From Candidatus Methanoperedenaceae archaeon (GTDB taxonomy: Archaea; Halobacteriota; Methanosarcinia; Methanosarcinales; Methanoperedenaceae): a stretch of DNA of 28,699 nt. A program made the position numbers and the translations under genes. Positions within the stretch are counted from its first letter, which is position 1; each line of letters begins with the position of its first letter. The stretch is from NCBI GenBank assembly GCA_963753595.1, contig CAVWCX010000026.1:1-28699 (forward strand). The letters are read 5' to 3'. Shown here piece after piece: positions 28,683-28,699 of this stretch. The notes beneath the pieces are model-generated. The model did no database searches. It was not told the DNA's origin and saw only the letters and a list, made by a program, of their open reading frames with translations.

Positions 28683-28697
28683 ATTGAGGTAGTTCAC
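28595..28697 (+). ncRNA. Putative omega-RNA (reRNA) scaffold overlapping the tnpB 3' end
   Basis: Hairpins CCGCAG/CTGCGG (28603-28617), GTCTG/CAGAC (28639-28652) and CCTCAA/TTGAGG (28669-28689), ending in TTCAC. 5' boundary unknown; guide lies beyond the window. Confidence 0.6.
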
Positions 28698-28699
28698 AT

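Larger units (their letters stand above)
27363..28697 (+). mobile_element. IS200/IS605 family element, tnpB-only (IS1341-like); left boundary approximate
   Basis: Left subterminal hairpin GAAACCCGTTTGCTTTAGCGACGG (27367-27390). Right hairpin GAAGCCTCAAAGCTTTAGATTGAGG (28665-28689) followed by TAGTTCAC. No room for tnpA. Confidence 0.8.

Noticed and set aside
1-28699. Window as a Borg or other extrachromosomal element
   Set aside because: Dominated by housekeeping genes on mixed strands, with only one tandem repeat and no intergenic repeat arrays.

Overview
Chromosomal segment from a methanogen-related euryarchaeon (Methanosarcinales-like, possibly Ca. Methanoperedens/ANME-2d; inferred from gene content, not from a search). 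Housekeeping genes: dtdA, ftsZ and queE (all broken by single-base indels, probably assembly errors), form III RuBisCO, aksA-type homocitrate synthase, aMBF1 divergent from pan, pyrC and a DUF373 protein. Also present are two roadblock/LC7 paralogs, two flavodoxins, rubrerythrin and a QueG-like Fe-S protein. Accessory parts: (i) a secreted protein with Gly-Tyr repeats, a 39-bp His/Asp/Cys tandem repeat and an Asn/Gly tail, followed by a perfect 17-bp hairpin, four glycosyltransferases and a GT-C-like membrane protein; (ii) a cleanly bounded 2375-bp IS1/IS6-like element (16-bp TIRs, 9-bp target duplication) with an unknown membrane-anchored passenger gene on each side of its transposase; (iii) a degraded region with a small RHH-like gene pair next to a tnpB-only IS200/IS605 element with a recognisable right end/omega-RNA. 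Two plausible small genes missed by the ORF track were found (4171-4326, 27117-27251).
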